Source: a virus
IMG/VR virus record: IMGVR_UViG_3300007512_002775
Location: 10,948-74,947 of that record
Strand: one strand, 5' to 3'
Length of the DNA: 64,000 bases
Shown here: positions 9,529-17,214 of the stretch, in pieces
How positions within the stretch are numbered: position 1 is the first letter of the stretch
How the letters are laid out: every line of letters starts with the position of its first letter
Notes under the pieces: generated by a model
Databases searched by the model: none
Seen by the model: the letters and a program-made list of their open reading frames with translations, nothing else
Told to the model about the DNA's origin: nothing
Position numbers and translations under genes: made by a program

Positions 9529-9894
9529 TTATACCGCCTTACGCAAATATTGGATTACCAGTTTAGCGCGCCATCGACTTTGTGTTGTCGTGATGGGCCG
9601 ATTACCAAAAGCCCTGCAGGAAGAACCCAGCAGGCCGCATAGATTTTTGAGCGCGGTAGCATGCTTACTATACGAAATAGATCCTTTGTCCCCGGAGAAA
9701 AGTGCTGCCTCATGAATGGCTCTTTTTAAGAGCTTACGAAATTTTCGCGTGGTTTTCCTGCGCTCTTTAGGAGATAATCCTTGCAACGATCGAAAAACGT
9801 ACCCGGGCCCAGAACCGCAAAAAGGCACTACCTCTTCGTCTAGACACGCTAAATTGATTATAATTTCATCCATAGACGGCATTGATGACCTCAT
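9529..9894 (-). CDS. Hypothetical protein
   Basis: Directly downstream of class A promoter. Confidence 0.55.
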   Translation of the reverse strand: MRSSMPSMDEIIINLACLDEEVVPFCGSGPGYVFRSLQGLSPKERRKTTRKFRKLLKRAIHEAALFSGDKGSISYSKHATALKNLCGLLGSSCRAFGNRPITTTQSRWRAKLVIQYLRKAV

Positions 9895-9905
9895 CTATCA
9901 TGATC

Positions 9906-9933
9906 ATTATAATTTTGAGTCTCAGATTTTACA
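9906..9933 (-). promoter_or_regulatory. Class A promoter (TGTAAA-N16-TATAAT)
   Basis: Exact motif. Confidence 0.7.
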
Positions 9934-10087
9934 AATCGTCATCTGGTTCGACATCATATAGCTCCTCTTCAAACATTTCCTTAGCGGATTCAATCACCGC
10001 AATTATTTCTGAATCTCCGGCTTCATCTACCAAAAGCTCGATCAGATGATCAAAAGCTCTTAAAACACTCAGGGAATCTCTTACCAT
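9929..10087 (-). CDS. Small acidic hypothetical protein (52 aa, below ORF-track cutoff)
   Basis: MVRDSLSVLRAFDHLIELL...EELYDVEPDDDL; GGAGG RBS; ATAATTA motif upstream. Confidence 0.65.
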   Translation of the reverse strand: MVRDSLSVLRAFDHLIELLVDEAGDSEIIAVIESAKEMFEEELYDVEPDDDL

Positions 10088-10201
10088 AGGGTTACCTCCG
10101 AAGTAATTATCACTACTTTCCTAATTTGTAAATTATGCTGTTAGTAATAATTGTGGCTCAATTATTTTTACTCAATAATTAAACATTAGAGGTTTACCCT
10201 A

Positions 10202-10444
10202 ATGAAGATCACCGAAAACCAACTCAGGATTATCGTCCGGAGCGCTCTAACCGAATTATTTGTTCGACCGAAGCATAGAAAATCGTTCTTACAACGAGCG
10301 CTAGGTGCTAAATACCAAGGCCCGGAATACAGTGGCGACCCGAGCGATCCGGGTTTTGGAGAATTCGAAGAAGAAAGCATGGACGAAGTAGACGAGCTCG
10401 ATGAAATCAACACGCAACATTCTGGCAGGCCTGAGACGTTTTAA
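10202..10444 (+). CDS. Small protein with MKITENQLRIIVR tag
   Basis: N-terminal tag shared with many ORFs here; ATAATTA at 10175-10181; GAGG RBS. Confidence 0.7.
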   Translation: MKITENQLRIIVRSALTELFVRPKHRKSFLQRALGAKYQGPEYSGDPSDPGFGEFEEESMDEVDELDEINTQHSGRPETF

Positions 10445-10883
10445 TCAGAGTGTTTATCGTTATGCACGCAACGCTGTGCGTGCTGTCGATGTAACTCCTT
10501 TTTTGGGATTTCTATTCATCGCTAACATTATAGACGCCGCCCTTTCGCTGCAGTGGATAAAAATGAACGTAGCCGAGGAAGCCAATCCACTCATGGCGTA
10601 CCTCATCGACCTAGACCCTAGGCTCTTCTTAATCGTCAAAATCTCTCTAATTACTTTATCGTGCATCATCCTATGGAGATTCAGCAATCATACTGGAGCG
10701 AAGATTTTCGCTCTACTTGCTGCAATTCTATATGCCGCCATTCTGGGCATCCACCTGGTCGGAGCTTTTGATGCCGGCATCTTGCTCGTACCTTCCCAAG
10801 CAGAGCTGGAGGAGAGGGCGTTGAGCCTATGGAACACCGTGTCGGAGTGGCTATCGCTGCACATTGTTAAATACCAAAATTAG
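10401..10883 (+). CDS. Membrane protein (DUF5658-like)
   Basis: NIIDAALS...EEANPLMA...KI pattern with three to four hydrophobic segments. Confidence 0.7.
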   Translation: MKSTRNILAGLRRFNQSVYRYARNAVRAVDVTPFLGFLFIANIIDAALSLQWIKMNVAEEANPLMAYLIDLDPRLFLIVKISLITLSCIILWRFSNHTGAKIFALLAAILYAAILGIHLVGAFDAGILLVPSQAELEERALSLWNTVSEWLSLHIVKYQN

Positions 10884-11083
10884 CCATCAACATGATGCAG
10901 TTCATGCATTTTACAAGTAAGTTGTCGGCCGTCATCCAGTTTTAATACACAGAGTAATTCTTTCGAAGCAGTACCTCCGACTAGCCATTGGGGGTTATCT
11001 GCTGTTATTATCTCTACAATTATCCCTTTGATAGTTGCATCCAAAAAGGCTTGCACCTCATCTCCTACTCGCATGGCTCTCAT
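10880..11083 (-). CDS. Small hypothetical protein
   Basis: MRVGDEV SH3/KOW-like start. Confidence 0.6.
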   Translation of the reverse strand: MRAMRVGDEVQAFLDATIKGIIVEIITADNPQWLVGGTASKELLCVLKLDDGRQLTCKMHELHHVDG

Positions 11084-11418
11084 TACACTTCTCCTTTGGT
11101 CTTATTACTCCATTTAAGCTTTTTAATGTGTTCCTCCAAGTACTCTTGTAGCACCGCATCGTTGTCTTTTGCCCAAGACTCCATTTCACTTGATTTCAAC
11201 TCATCGAGCATCGACCACAAAGATTCATTTTCATCTTTGAGTTCTTTGATTAAGCTCAAGCAGTAGTTCAGAGATGTATCCACCCACACATCAGGTGAAG
11301 AGCCAGCTGGCCTGAGGCGGGTGTCGAGCCAGTCGCGGATGTCTCCTAGCCTCTCTTCATCTGACTTTCCCTCATCCGCAGGAGAGGGAGTTGTTGCCTT
11401 CAATTCATTAAACTTCAT
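11083..11418 (-). CDS. Hypothetical protein
   Basis: Coupled overlaps at both ends; coiled-coil segment. Confidence 0.6.
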   Translation of the reverse strand: MKFNELKATTPSPADEGKSDEERLGDIRDWLDTRLRPAGSSPDVWVDTSLNYCLSLIKELKDENESLWSMLDELKSSEMESWAKDNDAVLQEYLEEHIKKLKWSNKTKGEV

Positions 11419-12481
11419 CGATAAGAAACCTCGCTATTGAGTCTAGTTTTGCTGTGTAAGAAGTACCGTAAAATCCGTATAAAGCGGCAGCCACGCTTGA
11501 GAGCAAAGAGTTTCCGTCTTGAGGGGTAAAAACAAACCCAGTGATTTTACTCATTGTTGCGGAATAATGAACCACATTGATGCTGGGCGCGCATACCACA
11601 GCTTGATTGTATATGCGACCGTAAAACCCGTGATCACGGCCAAAACTGAATATTCTATTGGCCGAGGCGTGGTGGGTAATAGTAATAAATTTATCATTAG
11701 CTACCTTTTCTAACACTTGTTCGGGTGTGAATATCCCCTTTACAACAACGGAAAACCTCACCATATGCATGTATTGCGAGTTAACTTTCAGCGCGCTGGA
11801 AAATATCGGCATCTCGTAAGACGTCTTAGTCTTGAATAGATCGCTCACGTCTCTGGCATGATGCGTGCCAAAGGTCGAATCAGAATGGCCAGTAGCTGTA
11901 GGCGAAGGAATGAACCCTCTATCTTGACTCGCATCATTTGCGCGGCGGATGCACACGAAATCGCCATCCAATACCTTCGTCGCGTCGTCCCCCGAAAGAG
12001 CCAGAATAAGCCGCGTAATTGCATGAGTATTGCAGCTCACGACTTGGATGAAGTTGGGCTCTTCTGTTACCAGCTCTGCATCGTTTACCCCCCACGCGAA
12101 AGGAAACCCAAACCCCTTTTCGCTGCCTTGAGCAATGAACATCTTATCAGAATTGTCTGCATGGGATTGATAAAACAGTTCCTTGTTGTCATTGCCGGCC
12201 GGCGTACAGTCGATCACTACTTGCGAAACTTCTAACGCTTGCTCCATAGTATGTGTTACTTCATGGCCCAAGCTTATGAAATTTTCCACCTGATCTTCGT
12301 TTACAACTAGTTGAGCCCCTTGGCTGATTAAGCTATTGACTTTAGCGATCTCATACTGAAGCGGAGTCCGCTTATGGAAAAGAACGCAATCGATCCCCAG
12401 CTCTTCTTTGAGTCTGGCTAGCAGGCCGATGAGAGGCTCCCCGATCGTTCCCGTGCCAATGACTAATACAGTCTTGCTCAT
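11408..12481 (-). CDS. Glyceraldehyde-3-phosphate dehydrogenase, archaeal (type II)-like
   Basis: IGTGTIG Rossmann motif, VIDCTP, QGSEK, VVSCNT catalytic Cys, RRAND, HH. Confidence 0.8.
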   Translation of the reverse strand: MSKTVLVIGTGTIGEPLIGLLARLKEELGIDCVLFHKRTPLQYEIAKVNSLISQGAQLVVNEDQVENFISLGHEVTHTMEQALEVSQVVIDCTPAGNDNKELFYQSHADNSDKMFIAQGSEKGFGFPFAWGVNDAELVTEEPNFIQVVSCNTHAITRLILALSGDDATKVLDGDFVCIRRANDASQDRGFIPSPTATGHSDSTFGTHHARDVSDLFKTKTSYEMPIFSSALKVNSQYMHMVRFSVVVKGIFTPEQVLEKVANDKFITITHHASANRIFSFGRDHGFYGRIYNQAVVCAPSINVVHYSATMSKITGFVFTPQDGNSLLSSVAAALYGFYGTSYTAKLDSIARFLIDEV

Positions 12482-12541
12482 TCGCTCCTCGATGCTGCAA
12501 GACAAATTCTACAAATGTTAGGTGGTTTGTAACAGAAGGGA

Positions 12542-12871
12542 TTAAAATGCCACTGATTCACCACAGCCACACATGCCAGTCGCAGTTGGCGTATTGAACT
12601 TGAACCCTGTGGACATCAGCGTCTCCTCCCAATCGATCTCTGTACCGATCAAGAAGAGATAAGACTTTTTATCGCACGCGAGAGAAAGGCCGTCGTACTC
12701 AAAGAGGCGATGAGTTTTTTCTGGCGGAGGCTCTATGAACTCTATCTCATACATGAACCCAGAACATCCACCGGCGTTCAGCTTGATGTTGAGGACGTAG
12801 TCGTCCGGTTTGTTCAGTTTCTTCTTGAGTTCTATGGCTCGAGCGAGAGCATCATGAGTTATCGTTACCAT
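12542..12871 (-). CDS. iscA: IscA/HesB Fe-S carrier protein
   Basis: GGCSG and CGCGESxxF motifs; start at MVTITH. Confidence 0.92.
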   Translation of the reverse strand: MVTITHDALARAIELKKKLNKPDDYVLNIKLNAGGCSGFMYEIEFIEPPPEKTHRLFEYDGLSLACDKKSYLFLIGTEIDWEETLMSTGFKFNTPTATGMCGCGESVAF

Positions 12872-13341
12872 GCTGATTCTTTGATCATCTCTCTTACAGT
12901 GCGCCTCAGGAGAGATTCGTTCATCCAGGCATCGCGTTTTTGATGCATGGCATATAACTCGTCGTCCCATGGGCCTTCTCCGCCGTACTTGATACAGTTG
13001 ACTATTGCTTCTTCAGCAGTAAACTCTTTGTAGACTTCAGGCTGGTACATGTCGTAATAGAATTCTTTATCGATTCCACCTGGCTTAGTCGCACTTGTTT
13101 GGTAGTCAAAGACCAGGTCCCCCATCTCAACCCAGCCATGGACAATGGGCTTCGGTGGGCTCTTCCATTTATCTGTTACAGTGCCGTGGACGACCTTGAA
13201 CTTGTCCTTGTTGTTGAGGTCTCTATGTTTTTGTGGGGCTCTACCTGGCGTACCTTTTATGAAATGATTCTCAAACCATTCATCAGCTTTTTGATACGCG
13301 AAAGGAAAACACAAGCCAGTCGGTTGAATATTTTTTGGCAC
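12865..13341 (-). CDS. Hypothetical protein, possible Cys-His-Asp (papain/transglutaminase-like) fold, C-terminal LRRxVRE tag
   Basis: GLCF...HGWVE...VFD; ends ESLLRRTVREMIKES. Confidence 0.55.
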   Translation of the reverse strand: MPKNIQPTGLCFPFAYQKADEWFENHFIKGTPGRAPQKHRDLNNKDKFKVVHGTVTDKWKSPPKPIVHGWVEMGDLVFDYQTSATKPGGIDKEFYYDMYQPEVYKEFTAEEAIVNCIKYGGEGPWDDELYAMHQKRDAWMNESLLRRTVREMIKESAW

Positions 13342-13345
13342 TCTG

Positions 13346-13816
13346 TTACTTCCACCCTGATCGAGGCTGCTCTAGATCAGGCTGCTGTGTATAGTCGATC
13401 GTGATCTCTGTTCCTGGTTCTAAATCGTTATAAGGAAAAAGATGCCTCTCGTTTCCGATCCACGCATTGTAACAAGTGGGATTGCTCGAATGATTGTGGT
13501 ACTTTCCGAGCTCAGTGACATCGTAACGGCCCGAGGGCAGTAAGATCTGCGCAGCACCTAGGTCAGCATCGGCCGATATCGGCTCCATTGCAAAGACGCC
13601 TAGGCCTTGAATAGGAGAATTACGAACTGCTAATGCCTCAGAAATCGTGAGGCCTCCATCATTAGATTCCAAGATCCAGCTTCGGATGCATTCACGCAGC
13701 ATCCCCATCTTTATCAGATAGTCGCTCACCTTCTTCAGCTGCGCTGGATCGCGCTCGGATTCATAGCCCGGACGGTCCAAAAACAGGTCACTGCGTGTGG
13801 TGGATCGAAAAGCCAT
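13346..13816 (-). CDS. SET-domain protein
   Basis: SPIQGLGVFA, KYHNHSSNP, GTEITIDY. Confidence 0.88.
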   Translation of the reverse strand: MAFRSTTRSDLFLDRPGYESERDPAQLKKVSDYLIKMGMLRECIRSWILESNDGGLTISEALAVRNSPIQGLGVFAMEPISADADLGAAQILLPSGRYDVTELGKYHNHSSNPTCYNAWIGNERHLFPYNDLEPGTEITIDYTQQPDLEQPRSGWK

Positions 13817-13818
13817 GT

Positions 13819-14199
13819 CTACCCCTTGATGTAAGCCGTCCAGCTCCAGAGTGCGCGCTTCTCCAGATATGTGTACTTCCTTTCGTTGGCGTACGCTTCA
13901 CGCTCAAAGGGGCTCTCACGATAGGCCGTCTTGGCGTCTTTGTATTTCGCTAAGCCCCTGATCCAAAAAACTACATATAACAAGAAAAAACCGAAGATGA
14001 ACAGTTCTAGCTGTTGGTGAAAATGGATGGTCTCGTGGCGGCGTTGCGTCTTGGAAAGCTCGCCCCTACAAAAAATTAATCCTAGGAGGCTTATGGCTCC
14101 TATTTCTATGGGAGCAATCTTCGACAACCAGGCTGGTATATTGCTATTCTCGAAGATCTTGGGGCTTTGCTTCGAGATATATTTTTGTAACCATCCCAC
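13819..14199 (-). CDS. Zincin-like metallopeptidase with membrane segment
   Basis: HETIHxxQ and PFEREAY motifs. Confidence 0.7.
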   Translation of the reverse strand: MGWLQKYISKQSPKIFENSNIPAWLSKIAPIEIGAISLLGLIFCRGELSKTQRRHETIHFHQQLELFIFGFFLLYVVFWIRGLAKYKDAKTAYRESPFEREAYANERKYTYLEKRALWSWTAYIKG

Positions 14200-14205
14200 G
14201 CGCGC

Positions 14206-14511
14206 TCACCCGCCGCTAGCGTACGGGCTCAGCAGAGTTTTGATCTTCTTCTCTAGGCTACCAGCTAAGTCGCCGGCTTCAGCTGCGGCAGCCGTCAGCT
14301 GCAGTATGGTCATGACTTCATCTGTTTGATTGGGCGGCAAGTCTGGCAGCTTCTCTTTGACGAAGTCTTGCAATGTCACTTTTGCTCCAGATGCCGAGAG
14401 CGATTCCTGCTCTTGTTCATTCAGTTGCTGTGTGTGGTATTTGACGATGATAGTCCGTAGTTCTTCACGAATAACTCTTCGAATCTCTTTTTCAGTGAAC
14501 ATATTATACAC
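14206..14511 (-). CDS. Small protein with EIRRVIREE tag
   Basis: Tag; ATACTTA upstream (14527-14533). Confidence 0.65.
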   Translation of the reverse strand: MYNMFTEKEIRRVIREELRTIIVKYHTQQLNEQEQESLSASGAKVTLQDFVKEKLPDLPPNQTDEVMTILQLTAAAAEAGDLAGSLEKKIKTLLSPYASGG

Positions 14512-14545
14512 TCCTACACTGTTTTCTAAGTATTTATGAAGTTCA

Positions 14546-15592
14546 CTAAAACTTCAACAATGCATGTGGAGAGCTCTCAGTTTGCGATGCATGCGTCTGT
14601 TCAATAAAGCGCGACCTAGCCCTTAGTTCCATTAAGTTGTATGCCCCTGTGTAAGAAAGGCCACTGCGAACCCCCCACTCTAAATCATGCAATACGTCAG
14701 CAACGGGCCCTTTGATCGTTACAGTAGTTGAAACGCCCTCTATAGAACCTATCTTGCCGCGCCACGCCTTTTGTGCTTCATGAGATGCCATCCCTCTATA
14801 GATCTTACGAGGAGCACCGTCATTAGTTCGTAAAATCATTCCGGGAGTCTCATCGGTTCCTGCGAGCAATGAACCACACATGATTACATCAGCTCCGGCC
14901 GCCAAGGCTTTGACCATATCTCCCGAGTTTTTGATGCCTCCGTCTGCAATGAGAATGGCGTCACGATCTGATGTTGCACAGTCCAATACACTCTGCAGCG
15001 TAGGAATCCCGTGGCCCGTCTGTACTCGAGTAGAGCAGATCGAACCACCGCCGACTCCCACTCTAATACTATCCGCTCCCCAATCAGACAAGTCGTTAAA
15101 GGCTTCTAACGTGGCTACATTTCCTGCCATCAAATGAACTGATTTGCCAAAAATATCACGCAACGTCTTTAGTGCCTTTTTCATCAATGCATGATGCCCG
15201 TGAGCAACGTCTAAGCAAAATATTCTACACCCAGCATCATACAGAGCAGTCGCTCGATCTTCGAAATCGCCTGTAATTCCCACGGCTGCTCCAAACACAG
15301 CCCCCGATTGAGCGGTTACAACCTCTTTGACCATAGAAGCCTGTTCTTCAACAGTATTGTAACGATGGAGAATCCCCAAAGCACCTGCCTTATGCATAGC
15401 GATGGCCATCTCTGTGCCTGTCACTGTATCCATGGGTGCCGAAATAATTGGAAGCCTCAAACGATCCTTTCTCCATCTGGTCAATTCAGTGGACAAATCG
15501 ATCTGAACTCGAGTTTCAATATTGCTGTACCGCGGCTCTAACAAGACGTCATCAAAACAAATCGCGCGTCGCACGTCTCCTCCTTTAAGCAT
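14546..15592 (-). CDS. IMP dehydrogenase / GMP reductase family (no CBS domains)
   Basis: FDDVLL, SAPMDTVT, DVAHGH, GNVAT, GGGSICSTR, IADGGI, YRGMAS, RSGLSY. Confidence 0.93.
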   Translation of the reverse strand: MLKGGDVRRAICFDDVLLEPRYSNIETRVQIDLSTELTRWRKDRLRLPIISAPMDTVTGTEMAIAMHKAGALGILHRYNTVEEQASMVKEVVTAQSGAVFGAAVGITGDFEDRATALYDAGCRIFCLDVAHGHHALMKKALKTLRDIFGKSVHLMAGNVATLEAFNDLSDWGADSIRVGVGGGSICSTRVQTGHGIPTLQSVLDCATSDRDAILIADGGIKNSGDMVKALAAGADVIMCGSLLAGTDETPGMILRTNDGAPRKIYRGMASHEAQKAWRGKIGSIEGVSTTVTIKGPVADVLHDLEWGVRSGLSYTGAYNLMELRARSRFIEQTHASQTESSPHALLKF

Positions 15593-15642
15593 ACACTCAA
15601 CCAAAAATAAAAACTACTAGACTGCTGTATATAGAAGCAGGT

Positions 15643-15855
15643 TTATTTAACTACTCGTAAACTTTGAATGGGAATTTTTTTCACAATGCGAGAACCGAAA
15701 AGAACATCAACTACTTTAGTTTCGTAAGCGCCAGTGGAGAGTTTATCTATGGAAAGCACACAGCCATAAGGACCTTTAATTATTATACCTGTTACAGCCT
15801 CCGATTCTCCCTCTTTATCAATAACTTCGAATAAAACTAAACTCCCCCTAGTCAT
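15643..15855 (-). CDS. Small hypothetical protein
   Basis: Beta-barrel-like small ORF; coupled. Confidence 0.55.
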   Translation of the reverse strand: MTRGSLVLFEVIDKEGESEAVTGIIIKGPYGCVLSIDKLSTGAYETKVVDVLFGSRIVKKIPIQSLRVVK

Positions 15856-16039
15856 CCAGAGGGCCGACGTCTTTATGGGTTACTACCCAGCTTTCTCCCT
15901 TGACTAAGACCTCGAATGTAGGCGGTGTTTCGGTAGGAAACTTTCTTAATATGATCCCTGGAACTCGGTGCGCGCGCGCATCGCTTCTATCCAGCTGCAC
16001 CATGATCAGATCACCTACTTCCACGTAGATAAATATCAC
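15848..16039 (-). CDS. Small hypothetical protein
   Basis: VEVGDL...GII pattern; coupled. Confidence 0.55.
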   Translation of the reverse strand: MIFIYVEVGDLIMVQLDRSDARAHRVPGIILRKFPTETPPTFEVLVKGESWVVTHKDVGPLDD

Positions 16040-16044
16040 ATAGA

Positions 16045-16263
16045 CTAATCCATCAAGGTTTGGAACCTTTGAGCTGTTTCAGGATCTACTTCGAAACACG
16101 CAAGATACTTGTTTTCAGGTTTCACTTCATCAGCTGATGTCACGGGACGCCAGCCTAAGCAATCACGATTCCACCCCAGGATCCTCTCGCACTTGAACCG
16201 CTCTACAGTCAGAAGACGCGCAAAAAGGTAGCCAGCTGCAAACGGAATGAGTATCTCAAACAC
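16045..16263 (-). CDS. Small hypothetical protein with N-terminal hydrophobic segment
   Basis: Overlaps tilS stop. Confidence 0.55.
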   Translation of the reverse strand: MFEILIPFAAGYLFARLLTVERFKCERILGWNRDCLGWRPVTSADEVKPENKYLACFEVDPETAQRFQTLMD

Positions 16264-16846
16264 GATTTTTCTCGTACATGTTCTTTACCGTCGTAAACAG
16301 GCCGGGGTTGACTCGCAGCGCATCTTGCAAGATATCGTTCCGGATGATGTTCCTAGTGTGGCAGCTCGAAGTGTTTGTAGGATCTTCGACGTGGGGATAC
16401 TCACTAAAGCGCTGCCATAGATCCTCGGGAGAGGTTAACAGGAATGGCCGCAAGACCGACGCATCGGGGCGCAAGATTGGGGTAAGTGTAGGATTGCCTC
16501 GCAACGCTGAAAAGATCCACCACTCTACAGCATCCTTGAGATGGTGCGCAGTGATCACCGGGAGATCGAATTCCGAAAAAAACTCGTACCTCGCCTGGCG
16601 CCATGATGCCTCAGAAGCCTTACCATCTTTCGGGTATCGTCCTACTACGCACGGAATCCCTCTCGCTGCGCAAAATTCTCGTACGAATTCCTCTGCTTCA
16701 TCTCCGTGAGAAGTACCGTGATTAAAATAAGCCACAGTAACATGGCGTTTGCCTCGCACCAGAAACTCTAGGGCCGACATACTATCTCTGCCGCCGCTAC
16801 AAGCCAGTACTACTTCAATGGGGATCTTGCACGCAAGTCTGATCAT
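16256..16846 (-). CDS. tilS: tRNA(Ile)-lysidine synthetase (minimal PP-loop domain)
   Basis: ACSGGRDSM, NHG, RxARY, TAHHxxD, RPFL, EDPTN, RNxIR. Confidence 0.88.
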   Translation of the reverse strand: MIRLACKIPIEVVLACSGGRDSMSALEFLVRGKRHVTVAYFNHGTSHGDEAEEFVREFCAARGIPCVVGRYPKDGKASEASWRQARYEFFSEFDLPVITAHHLKDAVEWWIFSALRGNPTLTPILRPDASVLRPFLLTSPEDLWQRFSEYPHVEDPTNTSSCHTRNIIRNDILQDALRVNPGLFTTVKNMYEKNRV

Positions 16847-16866
16847 GTGATTCCCTCTTCGAGAAT

Positions 16867-17148
16867 TTAGAGATGCTTCTCTCGTTCTCGCTTTCGCTTC
16901 TCTCGAAGTGCACGTCGCTGGGCCTTTGTCTTGGGCCGGCCTCGTTGTGAGGGTTTATCACTGTCGTCGGCCTCTACCTTCTTTTCCTTAACAGGCTCAC
17001 GCCATGTCTTGACGATGAAGGTGCCATCTGAATTCATGCGCTTGATCTTGACCAAAAGGTTTCGAGAAGTCTCGGCCAAGAGCTGGCTGCGGCGAGTATC
17101 AGCGGCCTCAAAAGTTGCGTGCTTGGAATCGTTCTTCCAATCTTTCAT
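16867..17148 (-). CDS. Hypothetical basic protein
   Basis: Fits packing; K/R-rich tail. Confidence 0.6.
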   Translation of the reverse strand: MKDWKNDSKHATFEAADTRRSQLLAETSRNLLVKIKRMNSDGTFIVKTWREPVKEKKVEADDSDKPSQRGRPKTKAQRRALREKRKREREKHL

Positions 17149-17214
17149 GAAATGACCCTAGCTTAGTGAACTAAACAAGAGTATTGAAGAAGGGGTTAAT
17201 GTACAGCAGTTAAA

